A DNA stretch of 64,000 nucleotides from Candidatus Pacearchaeota archaeon (GCA_018304145.1 JAGVWU010000001.1:144-64143); one strand, 5' to 3'. Positions 48,930 through 59,509 are shown, counted from the stretch's first letter. Numbers and translations are program-made. The notes: generated by a model not told the origin, from the sequence alone.

Positions 48930-51923
48930 TTACTTTTTATTCAGCCTCTTGTACACTTTATCTAGCATCCAGTCTTTGACAGTTTCTGCAAAATCTTTGT
49001 CATCCATTATTTTCTTAAATATGTCTTGATTTTGCTCCATACGGTCTATAACCTTATTGATAAATACATCTTGAAAACCATATTTAAAGTTCTCAACAGA
49101 ATTTGTTTTTGCTTGTTTTGAAAGTTTTTCGTCAGCAACAAGTTCTTCTTCAATTTGGTCAAAAAATAGTTTATCTGCTTCTGTAAAATCTGTTCCAAAC
49201 CTTTCATTTAAAATCTTAATTATTTCTGAAAGTTTTGCATATTCTTCTTTTTCTTCTCTTACCCCTGCAGTATTAAGTGGTTTTAACCATCCTTCTTTTC
49301 CTTTTTCTAGTGATATACTTCCCTCATTTATTTTTTGAAGTCTGTAATATTCTAATGCAACTTCATCACCAAGTTTAAATCTTTCAGATAAATCTTTTCT
49401 AGGCAGTTTATTTACTAATAATCTTCCATAAGCATAAAACTTTTCTAAATCACTGTCTTGAAAAGGCATAATTTGGGATAAAAAAGAATATACTCTTAAG
49501 AAAACAGTCAACATATGTTTAAATTCCTCTTGTTTTTCTGTTTTATCTATTGCTCTAAATCTTGAAACTGCTGGGTCTATATACGAGTTTAATAATGAAT
49601 GGTCTTTAATTGATTGATATTTTGCTGATTTAAAAAACACTTTACAGAAGTTTTCGACATCTAACTTATCAATAACCCCTCTTTCTTCTATCTTATATTT
49701 TAAGTCATAGAGTTTATTTGGGTCTGTTGTTTCTTCAAGGAGTGTAATCTCATAATAGGGTTGGAAAGCATTAATTATATCTGAATCATCATTTACAAAA
49801 TCTAAAATAAAGGTATCTTCTTTTCCCGGACAAGTCCTATTTAATCTTGATAGAGTTTGAACTGCTTTTATTCCTGATAACTTTTTATCCACATACATAG
49901 TATGCAGAAGTGGTTGGTCATAACCTGTTTGATATTTATCAGCAACTAACAATAATTGGTATTCATTAGTATTAAATTTATCAGGAAGTTCTTTTTCACC
50001 AAACTGATTCATTTTTGGTTCTGTATATTCTTTTCCATCTTTTACTATTCCTGAAAATGCAACAATAGCCTTGATGTCGTTATATTTATTCTTTTTAAGA
50101 TAATCATCAAATTCTCTCTTGTACCTAACTACGTGAAGCCTTGAAGGAGTAATAACCATTGCTTTTGCCTTACCTCCAATTTTTTTCATTGTAACTTGTC
50201 TAAAATGCTCTATCATAACTTCTGTTTTTTGTGCGAGATTATGAGGATGTAAAGCAACAAATCTTGCTATCGCTCTTTTTGCCTTTTTCTTGTTTATTTT
50301 TGGGTCATCTTCGATTTGTTTGGATAATCTAAAGAAAGTTTGGTAGGTTGTATAATTTTTAAGAACATCTATAATGAAACCCTCTTCTATTGCCTGCCTC
50401 ATAGAATATAAATGAAATGGTTCTGGCTTTCCAGTTATTTTGTTTTTAACACCAAAAATTTCAAGGGTTTTTGCTTTTGGTGTTGCAGTAAATCCAAAAA
50501 AACTTAAATTTTTATGCATCCCTCTTGCTTCCATAGATTTTCTTATTTCATCTTCTGTATCTACTTGTTTTTCTAGTTCTGTTGAATCTTTTTTTATTGC
50601 TTCATCAAAATCTTTATAACTCAAGACTTCTTTCATTTTTTTAGATGCCTCTCCACCTTGTGAAGAGTGTACTTCATCTATAATCAGAGCATAATTTCTT
50701 TTTGGAAGTTCACCTATTGTTTCAATAATATAGGGGAATTTCTGTAAGGTTGTTATAATAATTTTTGTTCCAGACTTTAATGCTTCAGATAGTTGTTTGG
50801 AATTTTTATCTATTTTTTCAACTACTCCTTTTTTATGCTCAAACTGATAAATAGTATTTTGAAGTTGTTGGTCTAAAACTAATCTATCAGTAACTACAAT
50901 AATTGAATCAAATACAGGTTTGTCTTTTTTATTGTGCAAACTTGATAATCTATAAGCAAGCCACGCAATAGAATTACTCTTGCCACTTCCTGCTGAATGT
51001 TGAATCAAATAGTTTTTTCCAGTTCCATTTTCTTTTGTATCTGCCTCTAATTTTAGAACACAATCTAATTGATGGTAACGAGGAAAAAGCATTGATTCTT
51101 TTTTTATTGTTTTTCCTTCAATCTTAAATTCTTCAATTTGGATGTGCATAAACCTTCCAACAATATCCATAAAACTATCTCTCTCTAAAATTTCTTCCCA
51201 TAGATAAGAAGTTTTGTAACCTTTGGGATTTGAGGGATTTCCAGCACCATTTTCAAAGCCCTTATTAAATGGCAAGAACTTAACATCTCCTTCAAGTTTT
51301 GTTGTTAAAAAAATATTATCTGTATCAACAGCAAAATGAACTAATGCTCTTTTCTTAAACTGGAATATTAATTCATTGGGGTCGCGATCTTCTTTGAATT
51401 GTCTTTTTGCATTTTCAACATCTTGTCCTGTAAATTGATTTTTTAATTCAATTGTAGCGATAGGCAGTCCATTAATTGAAATCAACATATCAAGAGAATT
51501 TTCATTCTTCAAGCTGTATTTTACCTGTCGTGTCAAGGTCAACTTATTCATCTGATATAATTTTTCTGTCTGGGGATTTAACCCACTCGCAGGTCTAAAA
51601 AAAGCAATCTTAAATCTTACCCCATAATCAATAATTCCATTTCTTAAAACATCAAGTGTACCTCTGCTATCAAGTTCCTTAACTAATCTTTGTAAGAATT
51701 TTGTTTCAACATCTACTCTATGAATACCAGATAGTTTTTTCCATTCATTTGGTTGACTTTCTTTAATAAAAGAAAAAAGAACATTTGTATCCAATGCAAT
51801 TTCTTTATTGAAATCTTTTGCATTTCCTTTAAGAAAACCACCTTTATCTTTACCTGTTAAAAAATCCTCTATAGCTGTTTCAAAAGCTTTTTCATTTGTT
51901 ATTGACACCATCTTTTTATTCAC
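48930..51923 (-). CDS. hsdR: type I restriction enzyme R subunit
   Basis: LD...IELK nuclease motif, HSAGSGKS, DEVH, TATP, TGYD, QTLSRLNR. Confidence 0.95.
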   Translation of the reverse strand: MNKKMVSITNEKAFETAIEDFLTGKDKGGFLKGNAKDFNKEIALDTNVLFSFIKESQPNEWKKLSGIHRVDVETKFLQRLVKELDSRGTLDVLRNGIIDYGVRFKIAFFRPASGLNPQTEKLYQMNKLTLTRQVKYSLKNENSLDMLISINGLPIATIELKNQFTGQDVENAKRQFKEDRDPNELIFQFKKRALVHFAVDTDNIFLTTKLEGDVKFLPFNKGFENGAGNPSNPKGYKTSYLWEEILERDSFMDIVGRFMHIQIEEFKIEGKTIKKESMLFPRYHQLDCVLKLEADTKENGTGKNYLIQHSAGSGKSNSIAWLAYRLSSLHNKKDKPVFDSIIVVTDRLVLDQQLQNTIYQFEHKKGVVEKIDKNSKQLSEALKSGTKIIITTLQKFPYIIETIGELPKRNYALIIDEVHSSQGGEASKKMKEVLSYKDFDEAIKKDSTELEKQVDTEDEIRKSMEARGMHKNLSFFGFTATPKAKTLEIFGVKNKITGKPEPFHLYSMRQAIEEGFIIDVLKNYTTYQTFFRLSKQIEDDPKINKKKAKRAIARFVALHPHNLAQKTEVMIEHFRQVTMKKIGGKAKAMVITPSRLHVVRYKREFDDYLKKNKYNDIKAIVAFSGIVKDGKEYTEPKMNQFGEKELPDKFNTNEYQLLLVADKYQTGYDQPLLHTMYVDKKLSGIKAVQTLSRLNRTCPGKEDTFILDFVNDDSDIINAFQPYYEITLLEETTDPNKLYDLKYKIEERGVIDKLDVENFCKVFFKSAKYQSIKDHSLLNSYIDPAVSRFRAIDKTEKQEEFKHMLTVFLRVYSFLSQIMPFQDSDLEKFYAYGRLLVNKLPRKDLSERFKLGDEVALEYYRLQKINEGSISLEKGKEGWLKPLNTAGVREEKEEYAKLSEIIKILNERFGTDFTEADKLFFDQIEEELVADEKLSKQAKTNSVENFKYGFQDVFINKVIDRMEQNQDIFKKIMDDKDFAETVKDWMLDKVYKRLNKK

Positions 51924-53250
51924 TCCTTAAATCAATTTTACCTGTGACTGCCTCGTATATCAATGAAGTCTTATACTCATTTAATAGCTCTATCTCTTTT
52001 TCTATTTTACTAACGGTTTTATCTATTTTAGAGGTTTCGGTTTCAATGTAATATACAATTTGTTGTTGCTCTGGAAGGGGTGGAATAGGAATAAATATCT
52101 CTTTAACATTACTGCTATTTAAATGTGGATGGAGAGCTCCTGTTTGTATAGATTTTAAACTATGAAATCCAAAATTAGAATTTAAAAGAAAGGAAAAGAA
52201 TTTGCTATTAATAGTCTTTTTAGGTGTAATTAAAATAAGTGCGTGGCAATTACAACCTACAAATTCTTCATTTACTACTGCTACTTGACCAATATCCCCA
52301 GTTTGTACAATTAAAATATCATTTTTTTGTAAAATAGACCTTGAATGTTCATTTGACCATTCTTCAGAAACATAATAAGGATGATTGAATATAATTTGAT
52401 TGTTTTTAATATGCAATGATTGTATATATCTTATTCCCTTATCTTTTAGAATGTCTCTCGTTGGACCAACATAACCATTTGTAATTTTATCGCAAATCCT
52501 ACTAATTATTGAAGTTTCCCACTTTTCAGGTATAAATCCAATCCATTCTATTCCTGAATCTTTCATTTTTGCTTTTGTATTAATACCTTTTGTTACAGAA
52601 TTATTAATTAAAGATTGTCTTTTTTCTTTTAATAATTCAATTAATTTTTCTTTTTTAGAAACTAATTTTTCAATAAATAAAGTATATTTATCAAGATATT
52701 TTGATATTATTTCTTGTTCTTTAAGTGGAGGTAATATTACCAAAGCATTTCTAAATTCATCTCTACCCAAAATTTGTCTTGTAGTTCCCTTACAATTAGC
52801 AGAAAAATAAAAAAGAACATTAGGATTATTACACAAATATTTTTTATAAGAATGATTGACTTCATTTTTAAATTCAAATCTTAAAACGTGATAACTAAAT
52901 ACAGTATTGGGTAATTCACAATCAATAACAGCTGATAGTCCAATATCTATTTCTGTTTCAGAACTGGGGGTAAATATTAAATCTCCTTTTTTAACAGGAT
53001 GTTTTTCTTTTTGTTCTTCTGATACAGAAACAACCATATATTCCCTTTTATCATCTAAAACTTTATCCTTATTTCCATAAATATTCATATAATTAATCAT
53101 TTTTACTAACGGTTGATTGGGCAGTGTTTTTTTATCTATACCACTGGATGAAAATTTACCAATATTTCCTAATCTTGTCACATCCCAATCTTCAGGTATT
53201 TTTCCAACCCAATTAATTAAAGAATCCTTGTATTTTGGATATGGTTTCAT
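51916..53250 (-). CDS. hsdS: type I R-M specificity subunit
   Basis: Two TRDs; KDSGIEWIG.IP..W and PPL.EQ repeats; AVTGKID. Confidence 0.95.
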   Translation of the reverse strand: MKPYPKYKDSLINWVGKIPEDWDVTRLGNIGKFSSSGIDKKTLPNQPLVKMINYMNIYGNKDKVLDDKREYMVVSVSEEQKEKHPVKKGDLIFTPSSETEIDIGLSAVIDCELPNTVFSYHVLRFEFKNEVNHSYKKYLCNNPNVLFYFSANCKGTTRQILGRDEFRNALVILPPLKEQEIISKYLDKYTLFIEKLVSKKEKLIELLKEKRQSLINNSVTKGINTKAKMKDSGIEWIGFIPEKWETSIISRICDKITNGYVGPTRDILKDKGIRYIQSLHIKNNQIIFNHPYYVSEEWSNEHSRSILQKNDILIVQTGDIGQVAVVNEEFVGCNCHALILITPKKTINSKFFSFLLNSNFGFHSLKSIQTGALHPHLNSSNVKEIFIPIPPLPEQQQIVYYIETETSKIDKTVSKIEKEIELLNEYKTSLIYEAVTGKIDLRSE

Positions 53251-53251
53251 T

Positions 53252-54973
53252 TTATTTAATGATTTCTTTCATCATACCTTCAGTTTGTTTTTCTAATTCT
53301 AAAATATCTTTCTTTATTTGTTCAAGAGTTCTTAAAGGTTTAAATTCGTAGAAATATTTTGTAAAGCTTATTTCATATCCTTTTCTTGTTTTTGTTTCAT
53401 CAATCCAAGCATCAGGATTATAGGGTAAAACCTCTCTTTCGAAATACTTTTTTATATCTTCTTTAAGAGGAACATTTTCTGTATCTCTTAAATCTGAGTC
53501 TGATTTAGGTTTACCATTTTTATCTTTAACGACCTTCCCATTTTCAATCAAAGGTCTTTCAACTGTAATTTGCCAATATCCAAAATCCTCATTATCAAAA
53601 ATCTTACAATATTTATTTTCCTTGAAATCTCCATAGATATTTGTTATTTCTTCAATATGATTTTTTCCAATCTCATTTCTTTTGTTGCCTAAACTTTTTT
53701 TCATCTTATTATAAAAACTAATAGCATTAATCAATTGAACCTTTCCTTTTCTTTCTTTAGGTTTCCTATTTGTAACAATAAAAACATAAGTAAAAATCCC
53801 AGTATTATAGAAAAGTTGGTCAGGCATAGCAATAATTGCTTCAAGCCAGTCATTTTCAATTATCCATTTTCTTATATCACTTTCCCCACTTCCTGCACCA
53901 CCTGAAAATAATGGAGAGCCATTAAAAACAATACCAATTCTTGAACCACTATTTGAAGGTTTCATTTTAGAAATCATATGTTGCAAGAATAATAAAGAGC
54001 CATCACTGATTCTCGGAAGTCCTGCACCAAATCTTCCCTCAAATCCATTTTCTTCATACTCATTTTTAATCTGCTTTTCAACTTTTTTCCATTCAACTCC
54101 GAAAGGTGGATTTGAAAGCATATAATCGAACTTTTCATTTATTAACCCATCATTTGAAAAAGAATTTCCAAGAATAATATTTGACATATTCTGCCCTTTA
54201 ATTAACATATCAGATTTACATATAGCATAAGATTCAGGATTAAGTTCCTGACCAAAAACCTCAAGTCTTGAATCTGGATTAAATTCACGCAAATATTCTT
54301 CTGCAATGGATAACATTCCACCAGTTCCACAGGCAGGGTCATATAGCGTCTTGACAATTCCTTCTTTGGTAAGTATATCTTTATCATCCATAAACAAAAG
54401 ATTAACCATAAGTCTTATTACCTCTCTAGGTGTAAAATGCTCTCCTGCTGTTTCATTAGATAGTTCTGAAAACTTCCTAATCAACTCTTCAAAGATATAA
54501 CCCATCTGAATGTTGTTAACCTTACTGGGATGTAAATCAATTTCAGAAAACTTTTGTATAATCAGGTAAAGCAAGTCTGCCTCATCTAATTTGTTGATGT
54601 GTTCTTCAAATCCAAAGTGTTCTATTATCTCTCTTGCATTATCTGAAAATCCGTTTATGAAATCTTTAAGGTTTGCGGCAATATGTTCAGGGTCGGATTT
54701 AAATTTTTCAAAAGTGAACTTGCTCTTGTTATGAAAGTTTAACCCTGCAATGTTGTTCAATACTGGGTCTATGTTTTGAATTTTCTTTTCTTTTATTTTT
54801 GGAAGATAATCCAAGACCTTTTGTTTGGTTGGTTCAAGAACACAATCCAGCCTTCTTAAAATTGTTAGGGGAAGAATTACTTTGCCATAGTCTGCCTGTT
54901 TATAATCACCTCTTAATAAATCTGCAACACTCCAGATAAAGTTCGCTAAATCATTTACTTTTATTTGTTCCAT
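53252..54973 (-). CDS. hsdM: type I R-M methyltransferase
   Basis: IWSVADLLRG, GEHFTPR, DPACGTGG, NPPF; likely ATG at 54973. Confidence 0.95.
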   Translation of the reverse strand: MEQIKVNDLANFIWSVADLLRGDYKQADYGKVILPLTILRRLDCVLEPTKQKVLDYLPKIKEKKIQNIDPVLNNIAGLNFHNKSKFTFEKFKSDPEHIAANLKDFINGFSDNAREIIEHFGFEEHINKLDEADLLYLIIQKFSEIDLHPSKVNNIQMGYIFEELIRKFSELSNETAGEHFTPREVIRLMVNLLFMDDKDILTKEGIVKTLYDPACGTGGMLSIAEEYLREFNPDSRLEVFGQELNPESYAICKSDMLIKGQNMSNIILGNSFSNDGLINEKFDYMLSNPPFGVEWKKVEKQIKNEYEENGFEGRFGAGLPRISDGSLLFLQHMISKMKPSNSGSRIGIVFNGSPLFSGGAGSGESDIRKWIIENDWLEAIIAMPDQLFYNTGIFTYVFIVTNRKPKERKGKVQLINAISFYNKMKKSLGNKRNEIGKNHIEEITNIYGDFKENKYCKIFDNEDFGYWQITVERPLIENGKVVKDKNGKPKSDSDLRDTENVPLKEDIKKYFEREVLPYNPDAWIDETKTRKGYEISFTKYFYEFKPLRTLEQIKKDILELEKQTEGMMKEIIK

Positions 54974-55109
54974 ACCCAAACACCTATTATTATTACTATA
55001 ATAGGTTCTATTTAAAGTTATTTTAGACCATTTAGCCACCTAGTGCAAAGCTTTGCTTCTTATGGCGGCTTTTTTATATTTTTTGTTAATTTTATATTAT
55101 ATAAAATGG

Positions 55110-55139
55110 AAAAGCCACCTAAAAAGCTTGGTGGCTTTT
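55110..55139. terminator. stem-loop AAAAGCCACC-N10-GGTGGCTTTT
   Basis: Perfect 10-bp stem immediately after the VirB4 stop codon. Confidence 0.65.
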
Positions 55140-58100
55140 TTAGCTATTTAAAAATAGTTTTTCAATTTTATTTTGAATATATCTATTATCAGTTGTTTCT
55201 GCTAAGTTTGAATAGGAAGGACCTATTTTTTTATTAGTCATAACAAAAAACCAATTTTTTCCATAAAGTTTATTATTATTCTTTACTTTTTCCATTAATG
55301 CTTTTCTGTTTGTTTCTAAAGTTTTCCCAGTTTCAACTTCTATTGCATATTTTTGACCTTTTACTTCAAATATAATGTCTGGTTTTATAGTTTCATACAT
55401 TTTTACTTTGTCAGTAAATTTTTTAATGAAGTAATATAGCTGATAACACATAAAAGCATGAGGAAGGCTTTCATTAGATCTTGGAAAAACCATATATCTT
55501 TGTAATTTTTTTGTTTTAAAACTTTTTGCTTCAAATTGTTTATAACCTTTTGATTCAAGATAAATTATATCTTCTGTAGATAGTTTGCTCATTCTAAAAA
55601 TACCTCTTTCTTCGTTTAGAGTTATATTAATTTCTTTTTGCTCTTGTTTTATTGGTTTTTGTTCAATTGGTTTTTTATTATTTTTTAAAAGTATTTCATC
55701 TGCATTAGTAGTTATTATTTCATGCTCTTTTTCAGAAGCTACTATTTTTATTTTAGAGTGATCATCTTCCATTATAAGAAGCCCTTCTCCAACCATTGCT
55801 GTTAATAATAAAACTCTTTCAGAACCGCTTAAATGAAATATTTTTTGTATACTTTCTATTACAGCAGGTTTTTGTCTTAATAATAATGTGTAAGAACTGT
55901 TTGCTAAAACAGATCTTCCAGCCTTGGAGTTTAACATATCTTCTACTTCTTGATTGATTAAGAATAGCCCCATATTAAATTTTCTACAGGTTTTAACTAT
56001 TTCAAATAAGTAAGAAGAATCTTGAGATCTTGAAAGTAAAGCCCATGCTTCATCAATAACTAATATTTTTCTTTTAAGATCTCTTTTCATTTTTGTGTAA
56101 ACATAATCTAGAACAAGAAACATCATAGTTGGTTTAATTTGTCTAGGTAATTTTCCAATATCAAAACAAATAAAATCATTATCAAAATTAATGTTTGTAT
56201 GTTGATCAAGAAAAGAAAAAACTCCTTTAACATAAATATTCATCCTATTAATTAAACTTCTTATAGATATTTTTTCAAGACTTGTAGCTCTTTTTTCCAT
56301 TATTATCAATCGCTTTAATACATCTTGCATTCTTGGAGGGGCATATTCCCAAGTTCGAGGATTATTCATAATAATTCCTTTTTTCTCATAAGCGTCTGTT
56401 AATGCTTTGTCAAGAAATGTTTTTTGAGGCTCTGATAAATCACCTAACATTATGGGCATTAATTCCATTAATGCAAGACGCTTTTCAGGATAAGTATGAC
56501 CCATTAAATCTAATGGATTTATTATTGTATCAGAATCTCTTGCTAAATCTATTCTTTGACCTTGAAACTTTTCAACAAGACCTGCATACTCTCCCTGAGG
56601 GTCAATTATGATTACTTTTGTTCCGCTTAATAAATGTCTTGAAATTAATAATTTTGCAAGATAACTTTTTCCTGATCCAGAAGAAGCCAAACAGACTCCA
56701 TTTGCATTGGATAATTTGAATATATCTCTTATAATTGGAATATTACTTTTTCCAAGACCAAGCCAAATACCTGTAGGGTCAAATTTAAAGAACTGAGTTG
56801 TAAATGGAAAAAATGCAGATAGTGCAGAAGTAGGAATATTTCTTTTAACATTAAGAGAATTATCAATGAATGGGAGACAAGATTTGTATCCTTGAACCAT
56901 TCTAAACAATGGTTGTCTTGGAATTATTAACATTGAGTTTAATTCTGATTCAACTGTTTTTGTTAAGAGGTCAAGTTCTTTTTTACTGGGGGCTTGACAA
57001 TTGATAAATAAACTTACATTAAATAGTCGTTCTTCTCCTTTTTGTAGATTTTCAAGAATTCCTAAAGTGTCTCTATATTTAATTTCAAGACTAGGATTTA
57101 ATTGATTCTTTATTTTTGCTGAATATAAATCTGCTCTTTGTTTTTGTAGTTCTTTATTTAAGTTTACCATTGTTGTTTCAATGTTACTCGTTTCTATTTG
57201 TATTGAAATGTTAAAATTTCCAGAAAAACTGATTAGTCTATCTAAAAATCCAGTTTCAACTTTTCTTGGGTAACCATGAGCATAAATTGTACGATAAAAT
57301 TTTCCATCAATTTCTAAGTGATCAATATTATTCTTTATTTCTCTTGGAAGAATAGAAATATTATTTCCGGCATAAAATATTTGCCTAAATAAACTATCAA
57401 AATCATTTTTGTTCAATCTTTTTGTTTTAAGATGTAAACTGTTTAATCTTTCTTCACAAATCTTAACTTGATTTTCAATATTAGTTGTTTCCTGGATAAC
57501 TACATAAAAATTTCTATTCAAAACTTTATTTTTTGAAATCAACTCTACTAAATGAGTTTTATATTCTTCATAAATTGCCATATTTTCTTCTGATTGATTA
57601 ATATTTTCTTTTAGATTATCAAGATAACTTTCTAAAGAAAGTTCTTCAGTGGTTATTAAAATCTGAAGTGGAAAATCAAGTGAATTAAGAAATTTTTGAA
57701 ATGATAATGTTATTGCCTCTTGCTCATTTGTTGGTTTTATCTGAAAATTTAATGATTCAACTTTTAATACTGCTAATTTTTTCTTGTTAGAATAAATTAC
57801 TTCTTTTTCTATATTATCCAGTCTAATAAGATTTTGAATATCTTTTTGCTTATTTATATGCCTAAATCTATACCAGCTTATCCAATTTTTCAGATGTTCT
57901 AAAAAATTAAAGAAAATAAAACCTATTCCTATCAAAGCAGGTATTAAAGCTAAAAATATTCTTATATATAAGTTAAAATGAAAACTAAAAATAATAAAAA
58001 GTGATATTGGAAAAAATAAAAAAGCCCATACTAATTGCTTAAAATCAAGCCCAAAAACAATTATTTCCTTATATTCAAGTTGTTGAGGTATTTCATACAT
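55140..58100 (-). CDS. PrgI-like/VirB4 ATPase/nuclease-like fusion protein
   Basis: N-terminal YEIPQQLEYKE..FGL..KQ plus 2 TM helices; Walker A SGSGKS, IIDPQGEY, IDEAW, RK..GL..INQ; C-terminal H...PDIIF...AIEVETG; ATG at 58100. Confidence 0.85.
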   Translation of the reverse strand: MYEIPQQLEYKEIIVFGLDFKQLVWAFLFFPISLFIIFSFHFNLYIRIFLALIPALIGIGFIFFNFLEHLKNWISWYRFRHINKQKDIQNLIRLDNIEKEVIYSNKKKLAVLKVESLNFQIKPTNEQEAITLSFQKFLNSLDFPLQILITTEELSLESYLDNLKENINQSEENMAIYEEYKTHLVELISKNKVLNRNFYVVIQETTNIENQVKICEERLNSLHLKTKRLNKNDFDSLFRQIFYAGNNISILPREIKNNIDHLEIDGKFYRTIYAHGYPRKVETGFLDRLISFSGNFNISIQIETSNIETTMVNLNKELQKQRADLYSAKIKNQLNPSLEIKYRDTLGILENLQKGEERLFNVSLFINCQAPSKKELDLLTKTVESELNSMLIIPRQPLFRMVQGYKSCLPFIDNSLNVKRNIPTSALSAFFPFTTQFFKFDPTGIWLGLGKSNIPIIRDIFKLSNANGVCLASSGSGKSYLAKLLISRHLLSGTKVIIIDPQGEYAGLVEKFQGQRIDLARDSDTIINPLDLMGHTYPEKRLALMELMPIMLGDLSEPQKTFLDKALTDAYEKKGIIMNNPRTWEYAPPRMQDVLKRLIIMEKRATSLEKISIRSLINRMNIYVKGVFSFLDQHTNINFDNDFICFDIGKLPRQIKPTMMFLVLDYVYTKMKRDLKRKILVIDEAWALLSRSQDSSYLFEIVKTCRKFNMGLFLINQEVEDMLNSKAGRSVLANSSYTLLLRQKPAVIESIQKIFHLSGSERVLLLTAMVGEGLLIMEDDHSKIKIVASEKEHEIITTNADEILLKNNKKPIEQKPIKQEQKEINITLNEERGIFRMSKLSTEDIIYLESKGYKQFEAKSFKTKKLQRYMVFPRSNESLPHAFMCYQLYYFIKKFTDKVKMYETIKPDIIFEVKGQKYAIEVETGKTLETNRKALMEKVKNNNKLYGKNWFFVMTNKKIGPSYSNLAETTDNRYIQNKIEKLFLNS

Positions 58101-58101
58101 A

Positions 58102-58932
58102 TTATATTGCTCCAATAGTTTTTGCAACGATTGCGGTTTTTGCGATAGGTCCCATGACTTTAGAAGCCGCTTTAATCAATACAAAAAGCAAAAGGACAAA
58201 AGTAGAGATTATCACAAGATCAAAAGATCCTATAACAATTAAAATTTTTATATCGCTTAAAGAATTAAGTAGTAATAATCTTGAAGCAGTTAAGAATATC
58301 AAAGAGTAAAAAAATGGTAGAAAGATTAAAACCATTAATCCATTTATTATAAGTTTGCCGTAATTATGCAGAGGACTAATAAAATAAAAGAATATACCTA
58401 TTGCAAAAAATATAACTCCTGAACTAACAGCAATATATCTAATCATAAGAATCAATGATGTAATAATCAAATGAATAATGTATAAACCTAAAAATATTAT
58501 TTCTAAAGCTAGATTGGAAAAACTTTCAGATGTATAATTAAAAAAATCATTTCCAGCTATATTCAATACTCCTTTTGTTAATCCTGATGAGATCAAAAGA
58601 ATTAATTCATAAATATAATAACTGGTCTGAACCAGAACTATCATTATTAAAGTATTTTTTAAAGAGGTTTTTGCTTTTTCTCTTTCTTCTGGACTTTCTC
58701 CAGATATAATAAATTTGAATCCTATCCAAATTAGCAGTAAACCATAAAATAAAGATAAAACATAAATAATAACTCCCCAGACATCTGCAAATATTGAAAT
58801 ATTTACAGGTTCTGATAAGAGTTTATAATTAAGATTCAGGAAGGGTTGTAGAGCCATGTTGATTAAATCTACGATAAAACCAAACAAGTACTCTATAACA
58901 CAACCTCCCGGATCTGTAATGCTGCAACTCAT
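58102..58932 (-). CDS. VirB6/TrbL-like polytopic membrane protein
   Basis: About 6 TM helices; lies between the pilin and VirB4 genes. Confidence 0.7.
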   Translation of the reverse strand: MSCSITDPGGCVIEYLFGFIVDLINMALQPFLNLNYKLLSEPVNISIFADVWGVIIYVLSLFYGLLLIWIGFKFIISGESPEEREKAKTSLKNTLIMIVLVQTSYYIYELILLISSGLTKGVLNIAGNDFFNYTSESFSNLALEIIFLGLYIIHLIITSLILMIRYIAVSSGVIFFAIGIFFYFISPLHNYGKLIINGLMVLIFLPFFYSLIFLTASRLLLLNSLSDIKILIVIGSFDLVIISTFVLLLFVLIKAASKVMGPIAKTAIVAKTIGAI

Positions 58933-58933
58933 T

Positions 58934-59263
58934 TTAATTTCCTAAAATCAGCTTAACCACAAAAGGAGCTGCCCAGATAACCATCAGACCTATGATAACA
59001 TACATTACCATATTTTTTGCTTTCTCTCTTTTTCCTGGATCTGATCCACTCATTATATAAGTGATTCCAGCAAACAACAATACTAGACCTGCAATCATTG
59101 TGACTGCATATTTTACAAGGTCGTAAATTGTTTGTAATGGTTTTAGTATTTGGTCAAAATCGCTATTTGATGCAGCTAAAATAAAACTAATCTGAAACAA
59201 AAGCAATACAAATAAAAAACAATAAATCAACAATGCTTTGTTTTTTGGTTTTCCTTGTGCCAT
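58934..59263 (-). CDS. VirB2/TrbC-like pilin
   Basis: Leader plus two hydrophobic helices joined by GITYIMSGSDPGKREKAK; GGAGG RBS; ATG at 59263. Confidence 0.8.
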   Translation of the reverse strand: MAQGKPKNKALLIYCFLFVLLLFQISFILAASNSDFDQILKPLQTIYDLVKYAVTMIAGLVLLFAGITYIMSGSDPGKREKAKNMVMYVIIGLMVIWAAPFVVKLILGN

Positions 59264-59385
59264 TTTATTACCTCCTGAAATTTTTTCTTTTCTTTGTACT
59301 TGCAACTTAAAACATTAAAGCAAGTCTTGCAAAAGTCTGCTTCATCTGTTCTAAGTTCCTTTCCGCATAAGATGCATTTTTTCAT
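59227..59385 (-). CDS. small Zn-finger protein
   Basis: MKKCILCG...FCKTC; first gene of the transfer operon. Confidence 0.65.
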   Translation of the reverse strand: MKKCILCGKELRTDEADFCKTCFNVLSCKYKEKKKFQEVIKWHKENQKTKHC

Positions 59386-59417
59386 GAAAACTTTATTTTT
59401 GAGAACTTTATATAATA

Positions 59418-59477
59418 CCGAGTGAAACTTTTTGTACAAAATTTTGTACAAAAAATTGTACAATCTTTTTCACTCGG
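59418..59477. promoter_or_regulatory. inverted repeat enclosing three phased TTGTACAA boxes
   Basis: CCGAGTGAAA (59418-59427) / TTTCACTCGG (59468-59477); boxes at 59432, 59444 and 59456. Confidence 0.75.
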
Positions 59478-59509
59478 ACATATTTAAGAAGTATAATTTT
59501 ACCTTTTTT

